Of a DNA stretch of 64,000 nucleotides, positions 23,799 through 33,147 are shown in pieces. Each line of letters starts with the position of its first letter. Within the stretch, counting starts at the first letter, position 1. A model generated the notes under the pieces. It was not told the origin of the DNA, did not search any database, and saw only the letters and a program-made list of their open reading frames with translations. The position numbers and the translations under genes are program-made. Source of the DNA: an uncultured Bacteroidota bacterium (lineage in GTDB: Bacteria; Bacteroidota; Rhodothermia; Rhodothermales; DATKEJ01); the NCBI GenBank assembly GCA_963768715.1, contig CAVYJC010000007.1:79466-143465 (forward strand). Reading direction: 5' to 3'.

Positions 23799-26117
23799 CT
23801 ACTTCGGCACACGCTCCTCCCAGTACCTCAGTTTTCCGACGCCCGGCTTGTCGGGACTCCCATCGAACGCGAGTCCGAATTCCGCGGGGAACTGCTCATG
23901 GAGAACGCGATCGCCTTTCTTGATTTTCACGACGCCCGACACGGCGTAGTCGATCGAATCGGCGTCCTCAACGACGAACAGATTATAGGCATCGGTCTCA
24001 TAGTCATCGTAACGGGCTTTCCCCGATTCGTAGTCGTACATCGGGCGGCGCCAGTCGCGGAAGAGTTCTTTCTCCATGTCGAGCTTGGCTCCGACGAGGT
24101 ACTTCTTGCCGCCCCAATTGATAGAAACGCCGACTGCCTCAGGATAGGACGGAACGTCCGCCATCTTTACTGCCTCGCGCAGCGCCGCAACATCTGCGTT
24201 CTGATCATGCGGAATAAGGACAGTAACGAACGCCTGCAAGTCATTTCTGTAGCCGTGGCGCCCAATCATCTGGTATACGAACTGCTCCTGCTGCCAGTAC
24301 CGTGGCTCCGAGCCTGTCCCCTCCTCCAGATGCTCCCGCTCCGGAAACAGCACCAGGAGGCGCTCATTCCCCGACACGTCGGTGTTTTGCAGGGAATCAT
24401 ATGCCGTGACATACCACCCGTCACCCTGATCAAGAATCATCCGCGTGTGCCACATATCGGCCATCGTCAGGTAGCCCGGCTCCGTAAACCGTAGGACGTC
24501 GAAAACGACGAACCAGTCGAGGTCCTTTACGTAGTTGATGATGCGGTCGGCTTCGTAGCCCAGCCGGCGATCGATCACTCTGGTCCGACTCATGTCGAAA
24601 TGCTTCAGTTTGAGGAAATCGATCTTCCGCGTCTCGACCTGCTCATGGGCGCCCGAGTTACGTAGGAAGTCGAGGAGCGACTGACCCGGCACCGCGCCGA
24701 AGTCGGGCGATGCATATCGATATTCACCAGCCTTCTGGCCCAGGGCGATCTTGCCGTTGCGAACTACGAGCCGGTTGTGGTAATAATCTGCTCGGTAGGC
24801 CCCGTACGGCCCGCTCGGCATATAGTCGCGGTAACCGCCGTCATGAAGAAGGATCGAGTTGTTCTTCATCAGCAGGGCGATGCTGTTTTCGTCCGAGTGG
24901 CCGTGAGTCGCCTTCTCCTCCTCGATCGGGATGGTCGTGCGGAGGTACTCCCTGAAGAGCCAGCCGCCATCCCCTTCGTCCCGATAATTGTAGAGCATGT
25001 AGGTGCTGTTCGCGTCCCACCCGTCCCTGAACACGACTTTCTTGCCTACGATGTCATCCAGGACCTCCTGGCTTCCGGAAACGGGCGCCTCGGCCCCGAC
25101 GCTGAAATCGGTCCACCGGTAGGCATCCGACAGGCAGAGCGCCGCGAACATGCTGTGCCGCTCCGTCTTGAGGTCGACGAATTTTCTGAAATACTTTGCG
25201 GCGGCCCAGCGATACCGGGGATCTTTGTAGACCGCGCCTCCCTTCTCGAAGAAGGGAATCATGCGGATCCATTCCTGCCCCCATCCCGCATCACCGAAAT
25301 CCGGTATGATTCCGGCCGGACTGATCAATTTCAAAAAGTAGTTGAAGTAGTAATTCATGACCGGCGTGCGATAGAGGCTTTCATCCTCACGCACGTAGCT
25401 GGCGTATCCCAGGAGAGAGTACAGCCAGACGGAGTGATAGCCGGTGGCATCCTCGATTTCCCACTTCCCCCAGTTGTCGGCGGCAATCGCTTCACCGGCC
25501 ATGGCCCAGCGGTCGCTTCCAGGATGACCCTTCAGCACTTTGGCCACGTACGTCATCGCCTCGGCACGCAGCATGCCGCGATTCATCGGACCCCACTCCT
25601 GGAAATTGACGAGAAAGTCCGCACTCTTGCTCATCGCATCGACGAGGACGGCATCCTCTTTATCCGTGAGCCAATTGTGCCGCTTCAAGGCATCGTAGGC
25701 GTGAACGTATTTGCCGAATGAGAAGATGTTCGGGATGATGGGAAGTCCGGCGCTATACTCCGCCTTGGACTTGTAGAAATCCTCCGGGTAGGCATCCCTG
25801 TAGTTCCCGTAGTAAAGGAGCAGATCCTTGGCGTGATCGAGATACTTGCTGTCGCCCGTAATCTCGTAGAGGTTGGCGTCGAGGGCCGCCAGATAGAGGT
25901 CGTTGGGGGGCGGGTTGTATCCGAACACGTAGTCCAGATCAATGCTTTCCTTCCAGCGTTCCCGTGACGCCTGGAGGTTCTGCCAGCCTTCCTCGGCCGC
26001 CGCCACGATATAGGCCATGTACTCATTCTTGGATACGGCTTCCGTCTGGCCGTAGGCAACGTTGCCGATGGTCGTCCACGCGAAAACGATCGCGGTTATC
26101 TTGAGTAAGCGTGTCAT
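23799..26117 (-). CDS. Heparinase II/III-family protein (polysaccharide lyase-like), secreted
   Basis: Signal MTRLLKITAIVFAWTTIGNVAYGQ starts at 26117. The family motif HGHSDENSIALLMKNNSILLHDGGY is present, and the size of about 770 aa fits. Confidence 0.7.
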   Translation of the reverse strand: MTRLLKITAIVFAWTTIGNVAYGQTEAVSKNEYMAYIVAAAEEGWQNLQASRERWKESIDLDYVFGYNPPPNDLYLAALDANLYEITGDSKYLDHAKDLLLYYGNYRDAYPEDFYKSKAEYSAGLPIIPNIFSFGKYVHAYDALKRHNWLTDKEDAVLVDAMSKSADFLVNFQEWGPMNRGMLRAEAMTYVAKVLKGHPGSDRWAMAGEAIAADNWGKWEIEDATGYHSVWLYSLLGYASYVREDESLYRTPVMNYYFNYFLKLISPAGIIPDFGDAGWGQEWIRMIPFFEKGGAVYKDPRYRWAAAKYFRKFVDLKTERHSMFAALCLSDAYRWTDFSVGAEAPVSGSQEVLDDIVGKKVVFRDGWDANSTYMLYNYRDEGDGGWLFREYLRTTIPIEEEKATHGHSDENSIALLMKNNSILLHDGGYRDYMPSGPYGAYRADYYHNRLVVRNGKIALGQKAGEYRYASPDFGAVPGQSLLDFLRNSGAHEQVETRKIDFLKLKHFDMSRTRVIDRRLGYEADRIINYVKDLDWFVVFDVLRFTEPGYLTMADMWHTRMILDQGDGWYVTAYDSLQNTDVSGNERLLVLFPEREHLEEGTGSEPRYWQQEQFVYQMIGRHGYRNDLQAFVTVLIPHDQNADVAALREAVKMADVPSYPEAVGVSINWGGKKYLVGAKLDMEKELFRDWRRPMYDYESGKARYDDYETDAYNLFVVEDADSIDYAVSGVVKIKKGDRVLHEQFPAEFGLAFDGSPDKPGVGKLRYWEERVPK

Positions 26118-26297
26118 TCGAACAATGTTTGGTTCAGCAACCGGCATCACGGTCAGAGTCTCGTTTCGCTCGGAGCGAAGCGAATCAGGTTAGGACGTTC
26201 GGCTTGGTGAATCAAATGGAATACGTGCCGATTTGACGAAATAACGGCTCAGGGCGTTAACTTCGCCGCCGTCACAAAGAACGAGTGCAGGTCGAAT

Positions 26298-26732
26298 TTG
26301 GCTAAGACGAGCATCTTCAGGCAGTCGGGAGTCATTCCCTACAGGATCAAGAAAGGACGGGTGGAGATATTGCTGGTGACTTCACGCAGCGGTAAACGTT
26401 GGGTCATTCCAAAGGGTATCGTCGAGCCTCACCTGTCGTCACGCCGCTCCGCCGCAAAGGAAGCGCTGGAGGAGGCCGGCATCGAGGGTAAGCTGTCGCG
26501 GAAGTCCATCGGCTCGTACGTCTACAAGAAATGGTCGGGAACGTGCGAGGTCGAGGTGTTCACCATGAAGGTCGAGCAGCAGCGGAAGAAGTGGCAGGAA
26601 CAGGTGCGGACACGTCGTTGGTTTTCACCTGCCAAGGCAGCCACGCGTGTGGACGAGAAGAAGTTGACGCAACTCATCCGCATGGTCGGCGAGAGATTGG
26701 CGGCGGACTCGAACAAGCCTTCGCGAAAATGA
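26298..26732 (+). CDS. NUDIX hydrolase
   Basis: Nudix box GK.WVIPKGIVEPHLSSRRSAAKEALEEAGIEG. It has a TTG start, and its stop overlaps the next start (ATGA at 26729-26732). Confidence 0.8.
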   Translation: MAKTSIFRQSGVIPYRIKKGRVEILLVTSRSGKRWVIPKGIVEPHLSSRRSAAKEALEEAGIEGKLSRKSIGSYVYKKWSGTCEVEVFTMKVEQQRKKWQEQVRTRRWFSPAKAATRVDEKKLTQLIRMVGERLAADSNKPSRK

Positions 26733-27439
26733 CGCTCACGGCGCATCAACCCGGATATCTTCCCTGGCTCGGGCTCTTCCACAAAATGGGGCTCGCGAAC
26801 GAATTCGTCTTGTTCGACGGCGTGCAATACGAGCCGAAGGGATTCGACAACCGAAATCGTATTCGGTCCGGCGAGGGATGGATGTGGCTGACCGTGCCGG
26901 TCCTGCGCAAGGGCCATCGTAACATCCCGATCGAAGAAATTGAGGTCAATGAAACGCTTCCCTGGCGAAGGAAGCACTGGAAGGCGATTTCGTCCACCTA
27001 TGCGGGCGCGCCTTTCTTTTCGCGATACGCAGATTTCCTGGAGGCCGCCTATGCCCGGGAATGGAAGACGCTCGTCGAATTGAACGAACACCTCTTGCGA
27101 TGGCTCGTCGGAGAGCTTGGCCTGCAGGTCACACTACGGCGCGCTTCGTCGCTTGGCCTGGAGGGATCCGGGTCGGAGCGAGTTCTCGACATGTGCGTTA
27201 AGACCGGCGCTCAGGCGTACATTTTCGGGAAGCACGGTCGATCCTACGCCGATCTGGACGCTTTCATCGATGCCGGTGTCGAGGTATTCTTCCAGGACTA
27301 CAACCATCCAAAATATGCGCAGGTACACGGCGAGCCGTTCGTGGCGGATCTTTCTGTAATCGATCTCCTTTTCAACCACGGAGAAAGCTCGCTCGACATT
27401 ATCATGAGCGGGAATCTCCGAAGCCTGTACCCAAAGTAG
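26729..27439 (+). CDS. WbqC-family protein
   Basis: MTLTAHQPGYLPWLGLFHKM...FVLFDGVQY...NRNRI...GWMWLTVPV matches my memory of the WbqC N-terminus. Confidence 0.7.
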   Translation: MTLTAHQPGYLPWLGLFHKMGLANEFVLFDGVQYEPKGFDNRNRIRSGEGWMWLTVPVLRKGHRNIPIEEIEVNETLPWRRKHWKAISSTYAGAPFFSRYADFLEAAYAREWKTLVELNEHLLRWLVGELGLQVTLRRASSLGLEGSGSERVLDMCVKTGAQAYIFGKHGRSYADLDAFIDAGVEVFFQDYNHPKYAQVHGEPFVADLSVIDLLFNHGESSLDIIMSGNLRSLYPK

Positions 27440-27451
27440 ATTTATACCAAT

Positions 27452-28120
27452 ATGTCCATTTCAAGAGCCGAGATCGTCCAACAAGTCATTGAAGAGGGGG
27501 TCGTTGCCGTCATTCGCCTGCCGGATCCCGGCATGCTCCCTTCGGTCATCGAAGCGATTGCCGCCGGAGGCGTACGAGCCATTGAAATAACCCTCACCGT
27601 TCCGGGTGCGATCGAGCAGATCGCGATGGCCCGCGACCGCTTTGGCGACCGGATACTCCTGGGCGTGGGGAGCGTTCTCGATCGAGAAGCAACCACCGCG
27701 GCCGTTCAGGCCGGCGCTCGTTTTGTCGTGAGTCCGATTTTCAGGGATGAAGTCGTATCGACAGCCCACGAGCTGGGCGTACCGGCCTTCCCCGGCGCCT
27801 TTACGCCGACAGAGATTGCCACGGCCGTCCGCGCCGGCGCCGACATCGTCAAGGTTTTCCCCGCCGACATCGTCGGAATGCCGTTTTTCAAGGCCGTTCG
27901 CGCCCCAATGCCTGATTTGAAGCTGATGCCCACCGGCGGAGTGAGCCTGACGAATGCCGGGGAATGGCTGGCAGCCGGCGCCTGCGCCGTCGGCATCGGC
28001 AGCGCCCTCGTAACGAAGAAAGCGGTCGCCGAATCCGATTTCGCCCAATTGGAAGAGAACGCTCGCATCGTTCGCGAAAACATCGATTCGTACCGCGCGG
28101 GCAAGAAGGCGGGTTCATGA
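27452..28120 (+). CDS. eda: 2-dehydro-3-deoxy-phosphogluconate / 4-hydroxy-2-oxoglutarate aldolase
   Basis: Contains VVAVIRL, GGVRAIEITLTVPGA, GVGSVL, VSP, PG..TPTEI, VKVFPA and KLMPTGGV motifs. Confidence 0.88.
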   Translation: MSISRAEIVQQVIEEGVVAVIRLPDPGMLPSVIEAIAAGGVRAIEITLTVPGAIEQIAMARDRFGDRILLGVGSVLDREATTAAVQAGARFVVSPIFRDEVVSTAHELGVPAFPGAFTPTEIATAVRAGADIVKVFPADIVGMPFFKAVRAPMPDLKLMPTGGVSLTNAGEWLAAGACAVGIGSALVTKKAVAESDFAQLEENARIVRENIDSYRAGKKAGS

Positions 28121-30471
28121 GAATCATACTGCTCGCCGGTATTACGCTGTTCGGACTTCTCCCTCGTCCCGCAAACGCCCAGCCGGACGCGCCCTGGCTC
28201 CCCCGCTTCGTCCAGGCCCTCGACTCGACAAGCGTCGTTGCGGAACGGATCAGGGAACTGGGACCTGACGCCTCCGACGAAGCCATCATTGCCACGGCGG
28301 CAGCCTATTTCCGAACCCGCAACGACCCGATCGACCTGTGGGTGATACCCATGTCGGAACCGGCCACTGCGGAGGACATCGAGCGAGCGGACAAGGCGGT
28401 CGATCACGTCATTACCGATCGTTCCGGATCGGTGCAATTCGGAGACCACCTGCCGTGGTTTGACGCGCCTGTGAAGATGGGCACCCTCTCTCGGTTCCCA
28501 CACTTCGACTACCTCGCCCGGGCCTACACGTCGACGCGCGACGAGCGGTACGCAGAGGCTATGGTGCGCGACATGCTCGACTTCGTGGAACACGTGCCCC
28601 TCGCGAAATCGGAGGCATACCACGTACAGATCGCTCCGAACGTGAATCCTTGGAACTGGGTGCTGCTCCAGTGGCGCGTGAAACGATGGATCGACGCGCT
28701 GGCGCATCTGCGCGACTCGCCGTCCCTTTCCGACGCCGACCTGCTTCGAATTCTTCTTTACATGTGGGATGAGGTGGACTGGCTCGAGCCGCGGAAAGTG
28801 CTGGGACTTCATAACGGAACCCTGGGCAACATCTCGGCGATTCTCTACGCATCGCTTCACTATCCGGAAGCAGCGAGTGCCGCCGGATGGCAGCGAGACG
28901 CCACGGCTTTCTTCGAGGCTTTCCTGGACTTCGCCTTCTACCCCAAGGAGTTCTCAATCGAGCTTACACTGGGCTACTCGGAGGGAACGCTGCTGATGTG
29001 TCTTTCCATGTTCGAAGCGATGCCCGATTCACCCGCGAAGCGCCGGATCTCGAGCAAGCTCGAAGCAATCGTGGATGCTCATGTCGGCGTTATGAAACCC
29101 GACAGGGGCCTTCCGCGATATGGAGATAACGGCGTCTACGACATCTCAGATCGGGTCCTCCGCCGGAGCGCGAGACTGTTCGGGCGCGATGATCTCGAAC
29201 GGCTCGCAGACGAACCTTACAATCCTGAAGGCCTGAACGGACGGCTATCCTTCCCCTTCCATTCCAATCCGTACTACCTGAGCGGTTACTACGCCATGCG
29301 CGACGGTTGGGACGTCGACGCGCAGTACCTCTCGATGGATGCCGGACCCTTTGGAACGAACCACCACCACGGCGACAAACTGAGCATCACCCTTTCGGCG
29401 GATGGAGCACCGTTCATCGTCGACCCGGGGACCTCTCTCTACACTTCACTGGAGCCGGGACCTCGGATCGACCTCCGCCCGGGATACCTCCACAACGTGA
29501 TCACAATCGACGGCGTCGATCCGAATACAGGTTGGGACCGGCACTACGGATTCGACGTCCTCGACAACCGATGGGTGACAAATCCGACCTACGATTTCCT
29601 CGAGGGCATCTACGAGTACAGAAACAACCTCCTGGAAATCATCTGGAGGCGGAGTGTCGTCTTCATCAAGGGGGATTACTGGATCATGCTCGACGCGCTG
29701 TACGGCAGCGGTGAACACCGTGTCGAGAGCAACATGCAGTTCATGGTAGGGAACGACGTATCCATCGAAAGCGATCGGGTCGAAGCGACGGCTCCGAACG
29801 GCGCATCACTGGATATCGTCGAGGCGCTTGGCACCGGCCTCGCGCCGCAAGTCGTCATCGGCGATACCACGTTCCCAGGGACCACATTTCTGATTCAATA
29901 CCCGACGTTCGTCGACTGGACGCTCGGCGGTCGTGGGTGGGTCGGCACGTTTGGAAACGAATCGCCGCTCGATCCGGTCCGGAGTTATCCCGCACCGGCC
30001 TTGCTGCGCGCCGGAACGGTCCAGCTTCCGTTCCGATCGGTGGCGGTCATGACTCCCTCCATCGACAGGAAGGCCCGAAAGGCGCAGGTCGAGGTGCTCG
30101 ACAATACCCCGGGCGGATTCACGCTCCGGATCTCGAGCGACTCATCGACGGTCGACTGCTTCCATTGGGCGCCGTCGCCGTGGCAGAATCATCTAAAGAA
30201 ACTTCCGAAGGACTCGGGATGGTGGTCCAGAACCGTCGACGACCACATCACGCGCGTCATCGTGATGAACGAAGACTCGGTCTCGGTCACATCACCGAGC
30301 GAGACCCTGACACTTTCGTTCGACGGCCCGTTCGAAGGCGTCCTCGACAGGGATGGGGATACCTGGATCGTGAAGCCGGATTCGTACAATGCCGTCCCGC
30401 CAAAAATTGTGAGGTTTGAAATGCGATCGGGTGGGAAAGCGCGGCCGGTCGAGGTGATTCGGAAGGACTGA
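28117..30471 (+). CDS. Heparinase II/III-family protein, secreted
   Basis: Signal MRIILLAGITLFGLLPRPANAQ. The motif HHHGDKLSITLSADGAPFIVDPGTSLY...LHNVITIDG is present. The start overlaps the eda stop (ATGA). Confidence 0.7.
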   Translation: MRIILLAGITLFGLLPRPANAQPDAPWLPRFVQALDSTSVVAERIRELGPDASDEAIIATAAAYFRTRNDPIDLWVIPMSEPATAEDIERADKAVDHVITDRSGSVQFGDHLPWFDAPVKMGTLSRFPHFDYLARAYTSTRDERYAEAMVRDMLDFVEHVPLAKSEAYHVQIAPNVNPWNWVLLQWRVKRWIDALAHLRDSPSLSDADLLRILLYMWDEVDWLEPRKVLGLHNGTLGNISAILYASLHYPEAASAAGWQRDATAFFEAFLDFAFYPKEFSIELTLGYSEGTLLMCLSMFEAMPDSPAKRRISSKLEAIVDAHVGVMKPDRGLPRYGDNGVYDISDRVLRRSARLFGRDDLERLADEPYNPEGLNGRLSFPFHSNPYYLSGYYAMRDGWDVDAQYLSMDAGPFGTNHHHGDKLSITLSADGAPFIVDPGTSLYTSLEPGPRIDLRPGYLHNVITIDGVDPNTGWDRHYGFDVLDNRWVTNPTYDFLEGIYEYRNNLLEIIWRRSVVFIKGDYWIMLDALYGSGEHRVESNMQFMVGNDVSIESDRVEATAPNGASLDIVEALGTGLAPQVVIGDTTFPGTTFLIQYPTFVDWTLGGRGWVGTFGNESPLDPVRSYPAPALLRAGTVQLPFRSVAVMTPSIDRKARKAQVEVLDNTPGGFTLRISSDSSTVDCFHWAPSPWQNHLKKLPKDSGWWSRTVDDHITRVIVMNEDSVSVTSPSETLTLSFDGPFEGVLDRDGDTWIVKPDSYNAVPPKIVRFEMRSGGKARPVEVIRKD

Positions 30472-30903
30472 GATATGCGGCGGACGTCACGGTCCCGTCG
30501 TCGCGCGGGCAGCGACAGCAGCCGGGGCCGAGGTGCTCGCGCGCATTGTTACAAAACGGCCCTGTCATCCCGACGGAGCTTCGTGTCGGCGAAGCGGAGC
30601 GGAGTCGCCACGAAGCGACGAGGGACCTCTCCGGGCCTGGCATAACCGCCAATCCACGAGGCGAAACCCTCGCACGGGAATAAATCCCCGTGCTACACGG
30701 TGACCCGCTGCTGAAGCAGGCTCAGATGTGCACGATGCACACGGCAGGACCTGTGGGCCGCACCATCACTCAGCCCTGCGGAAGCAGGGCGAGATCTCGC
30801 TGTAGCACGGCTGTTTACGGCCGTGCAGGCCGATTTGCGGGTGCACCGAACCTCCACCTCGAACGTTCGTATTCGCTAGGTTCCTGCACGCAACCCCCAA
30901 ATC

Positions 30904-31743
30904 ATGACCACTGGCCCCCGCATCATCCTCAATACCATCGCCCTCGAGCCGAACCGCTGGACGGCCGACAAAGTCCCCTATTTCCGGCTTATCGATCTGC
31001 TGCCGGCGATTGCCCGGCATGGATTCGAGGCTTTGGAAATCTGGCAGTACCACGTTGACCGTCTGTCTGAATCGGAATTGGACGATCTCCGTTCCGCTAT
31101 GGAATCACTCGGAATCGAGGCGCCGGTACTCGGCATCTACCCACGACTCGACCTAGACGAGGACCAACGTCTTAAAGAGCTCTCGAACATCGAGCGGCTT
31201 CTCGACACGGCCCAGTTTCTGGGCGCCGGAATGGTCAAACTGTTCGTCGGCGCGGTGGCGAGCGGGCGTCTGGACACGAAGGGTACGGACCGATCCATCG
31301 CCTTTCTGGAAGAAATGAGCAATCTCGCCAGTGAGAGGGATATCAGGCTGACGGGCGAGACACACGCCAATACACTTTTCGACACGGTCGCATCGACCCT
31401 CCGAACTCTGGAGCGTCTCGACGCCACTCATTTTGGCGTGTGCTTCCAGCCGTATGATGCCAATCTCCCCGGAGCCATAGGAGCCTTCACAGCACTGCGC
31501 GAACGGATCTGGCACCTGCACTTTCAGGGACGAAAAGACGGCGCCATCAGTCTGCTGGAGGAAGCCGATCTGGACTACGGCAGCTACACGCGATTCGTCG
31601 CTGAGTCAGGATTCGAGGGCAACCTTTGCATCGAGTTCGTCAAAGATTGCGTCGTGGCATCACCTGAACTGCTGGATGTTGAACGGGTGCTGGCGAATGC
31701 TGTCGAGGACAGGCAATTCGTTGAGACACATCTTGGGAGATAA
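30904..31743 (+). CDS. Sugar phosphate isomerase/epimerase (xylose-isomerase-like TIM barrel)
   Basis: 279 aa containing GFEALEIW, VKLFVG, GETHANTLFD and CIEF. Confidence 0.75.
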   Translation: MTTGPRIILNTIALEPNRWTADKVPYFRLIDLLPAIARHGFEALEIWQYHVDRLSESELDDLRSAMESLGIEAPVLGIYPRLDLDEDQRLKELSNIERLLDTAQFLGAGMVKLFVGAVASGRLDTKGTDRSIAFLEEMSNLASERDIRLTGETHANTLFDTVASTLRTLERLDATHFGVCFQPYDANLPGAIGAFTALRERIWHLHFQGRKDGAISLLEEADLDYGSYTRFVAESGFEGNLCIEFVKDCVVASPELLDVERVLANAVEDRQFVETHLGR

Positions 31744-31962
31744 CAGCAAACACCAAACATCAAATACCAAACTTCTGGTGGTCGGCAGCACTGAGGTCGG
31801 GCGCTGCATCACATCTAGATACTTGCGGACATCAGAACCAATCGTTTTGGTTAACTAGAACGATCGGTTCCGTCGTCCCGCACGATAAAGATGAATTCGG
31901 TGCCTGACCCAGTGACAATGCCGACCACCCGATATTTGGTATTTGATGTTTGGTGTTTGCTG
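31744..31962. repeat. Hairpin element filling the convergent spacer: perfect 28-bp terminal inverted repeats built of heptamer units
   Basis: CAGCAAACACCAAACATCAAATACCAAA lies at 31744-31771. Its exact reverse complement, TTTGGTATTTGATGTTTGGTGTTTGCTG, lies at 31935-31962. The partly complementary inner segments are GGTGGTCGGC and GCCGACCACC. Confidence 0.95.
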
Positions 31963-31969
31963 TTGGACG

Positions 31970-33088
31970 CTACCTGATCGACTGATATCCTCCGACCACT
32001 CCTTTCTTCGACATCACGACCTGCCAGAGCTGGTTGGATCGCGCTCGGAAAGAGCCGGCGAAAGAGAGGAGGTAGTATTTCCACATCCGGTAGAACCGAT
32101 CACCGTAGGCTGCACGGAGTGACGGCCAGTTCTTATCGAAGTTCGCGAACCAGGCCAGCAGCGTCTTCTCGTAGTAAGCGGAGAAATTGTGCCAGTCCTC
32201 CATGACGAAAAGCCCTTCAATCGATCGACCGATCTCGGCGATCGTAGGGAGGTAGCCGTTGGGGAAGATGTATTTGTCCGTCCAGGCGTCGGGATCCTTA
32301 TTCGGCTTGTTTGCCCCAATAGTGTGAAGGAGGAATAGCCCATCGTCCTTAAGGCAGCGATCGACGACTTCCATGTACTTCCGGAAGTTCTTGGCGCCGA
32401 CCGCTTCGAACATCCCTATCGAAACGATCCGATCGTAGGATCCTTGCGTATCGCGATAGTCCTCGAAACGGATCTCAACCGGAAGCCCCTTGCACAGCTC
32501 GCTTCCGAGATCGATCTGCTCGTGCGCGTTCCCGATCCCGACGACGGACACCCCGTAGCGCTCCGCCGCAAACTTTGCAAAGCTGCCGAAGCCGCAGCCG
32601 ATGTCCAGTACACGCATCCCTCGCTCGAAACCGAGCTTCCGGCAAATCAGGTCCATCTTCGCCTCCTGCGCCTCAGCCAGGGTCGTCGCTTCCTTCCAGT
32701 AGGCGCACGTGTATACCATGCGCGGATCGAGCATGACGCGAAAGATATCGTTGCCCAGATTGTAGTGTGTGTCTGCAACCTCGACGGCGCGGTCCTTCTT
32801 CTGGCGATTGAAAAACTTTTCAGCCAGCAGCAGACGCAGACTTTTGAACGACCTCGGGACGTACTGACGCACATCCGACACGAGAATTCGATGGATGAAT
32901 TCGTCTATGTGTTCAGCGTCCCACCACCCATCCATGTAGCTCTCGCCCAATCCGAGCGAGCCCTCACGAAGGATCCGGGAGTAGAATCCCGGGTTGTGGA
33001 CGCGAATGTCCCACGACCGGTCGCCATCGACGCGGATATCCACTTTGGCCAGGACGTCGCGTACTAATTGTTCTGTATTACTTGCCAT
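31970..33088 (-). CDS. cfa: Cyclopropane-fatty-acyl-phospholipid synthase
   Basis: Contains HYNLGNDIF...DPRMVYTCAYW, the SAM motif VLDIGCGFG and ...YYLLSFAGSFRAR. Confidence 0.9.
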   Translation of the reverse strand: MASNTEQLVRDVLAKVDIRVDGDRSWDIRVHNPGFYSRILREGSLGLGESYMDGWWDAEHIDEFIHRILVSDVRQYVPRSFKSLRLLLAEKFFNRQKKDRAVEVADTHYNLGNDIFRVMLDPRMVYTCAYWKEATTLAEAQEAKMDLICRKLGFERGMRVLDIGCGFGSFAKFAAERYGVSVVGIGNAHEQIDLGSELCKGLPVEIRFEDYRDTQGSYDRIVSIGMFEAVGAKNFRKYMEVVDRCLKDDGLFLLHTIGANKPNKDPDAWTDKYIFPNGYLPTIAEIGRSIEGLFVMEDWHNFSAYYEKTLLAWFANFDKNWPSLRAAYGDRFYRMWKYYLLSFAGSFRARSNQLWQVVMSKKGVVGGYQSIR

Positions 33089-33147
33089 GATTCCTCAGGG
33101 AACGTCGGCCGCGAAGACGAGGCAGCTGAAAACGCGCACGACGGGGA

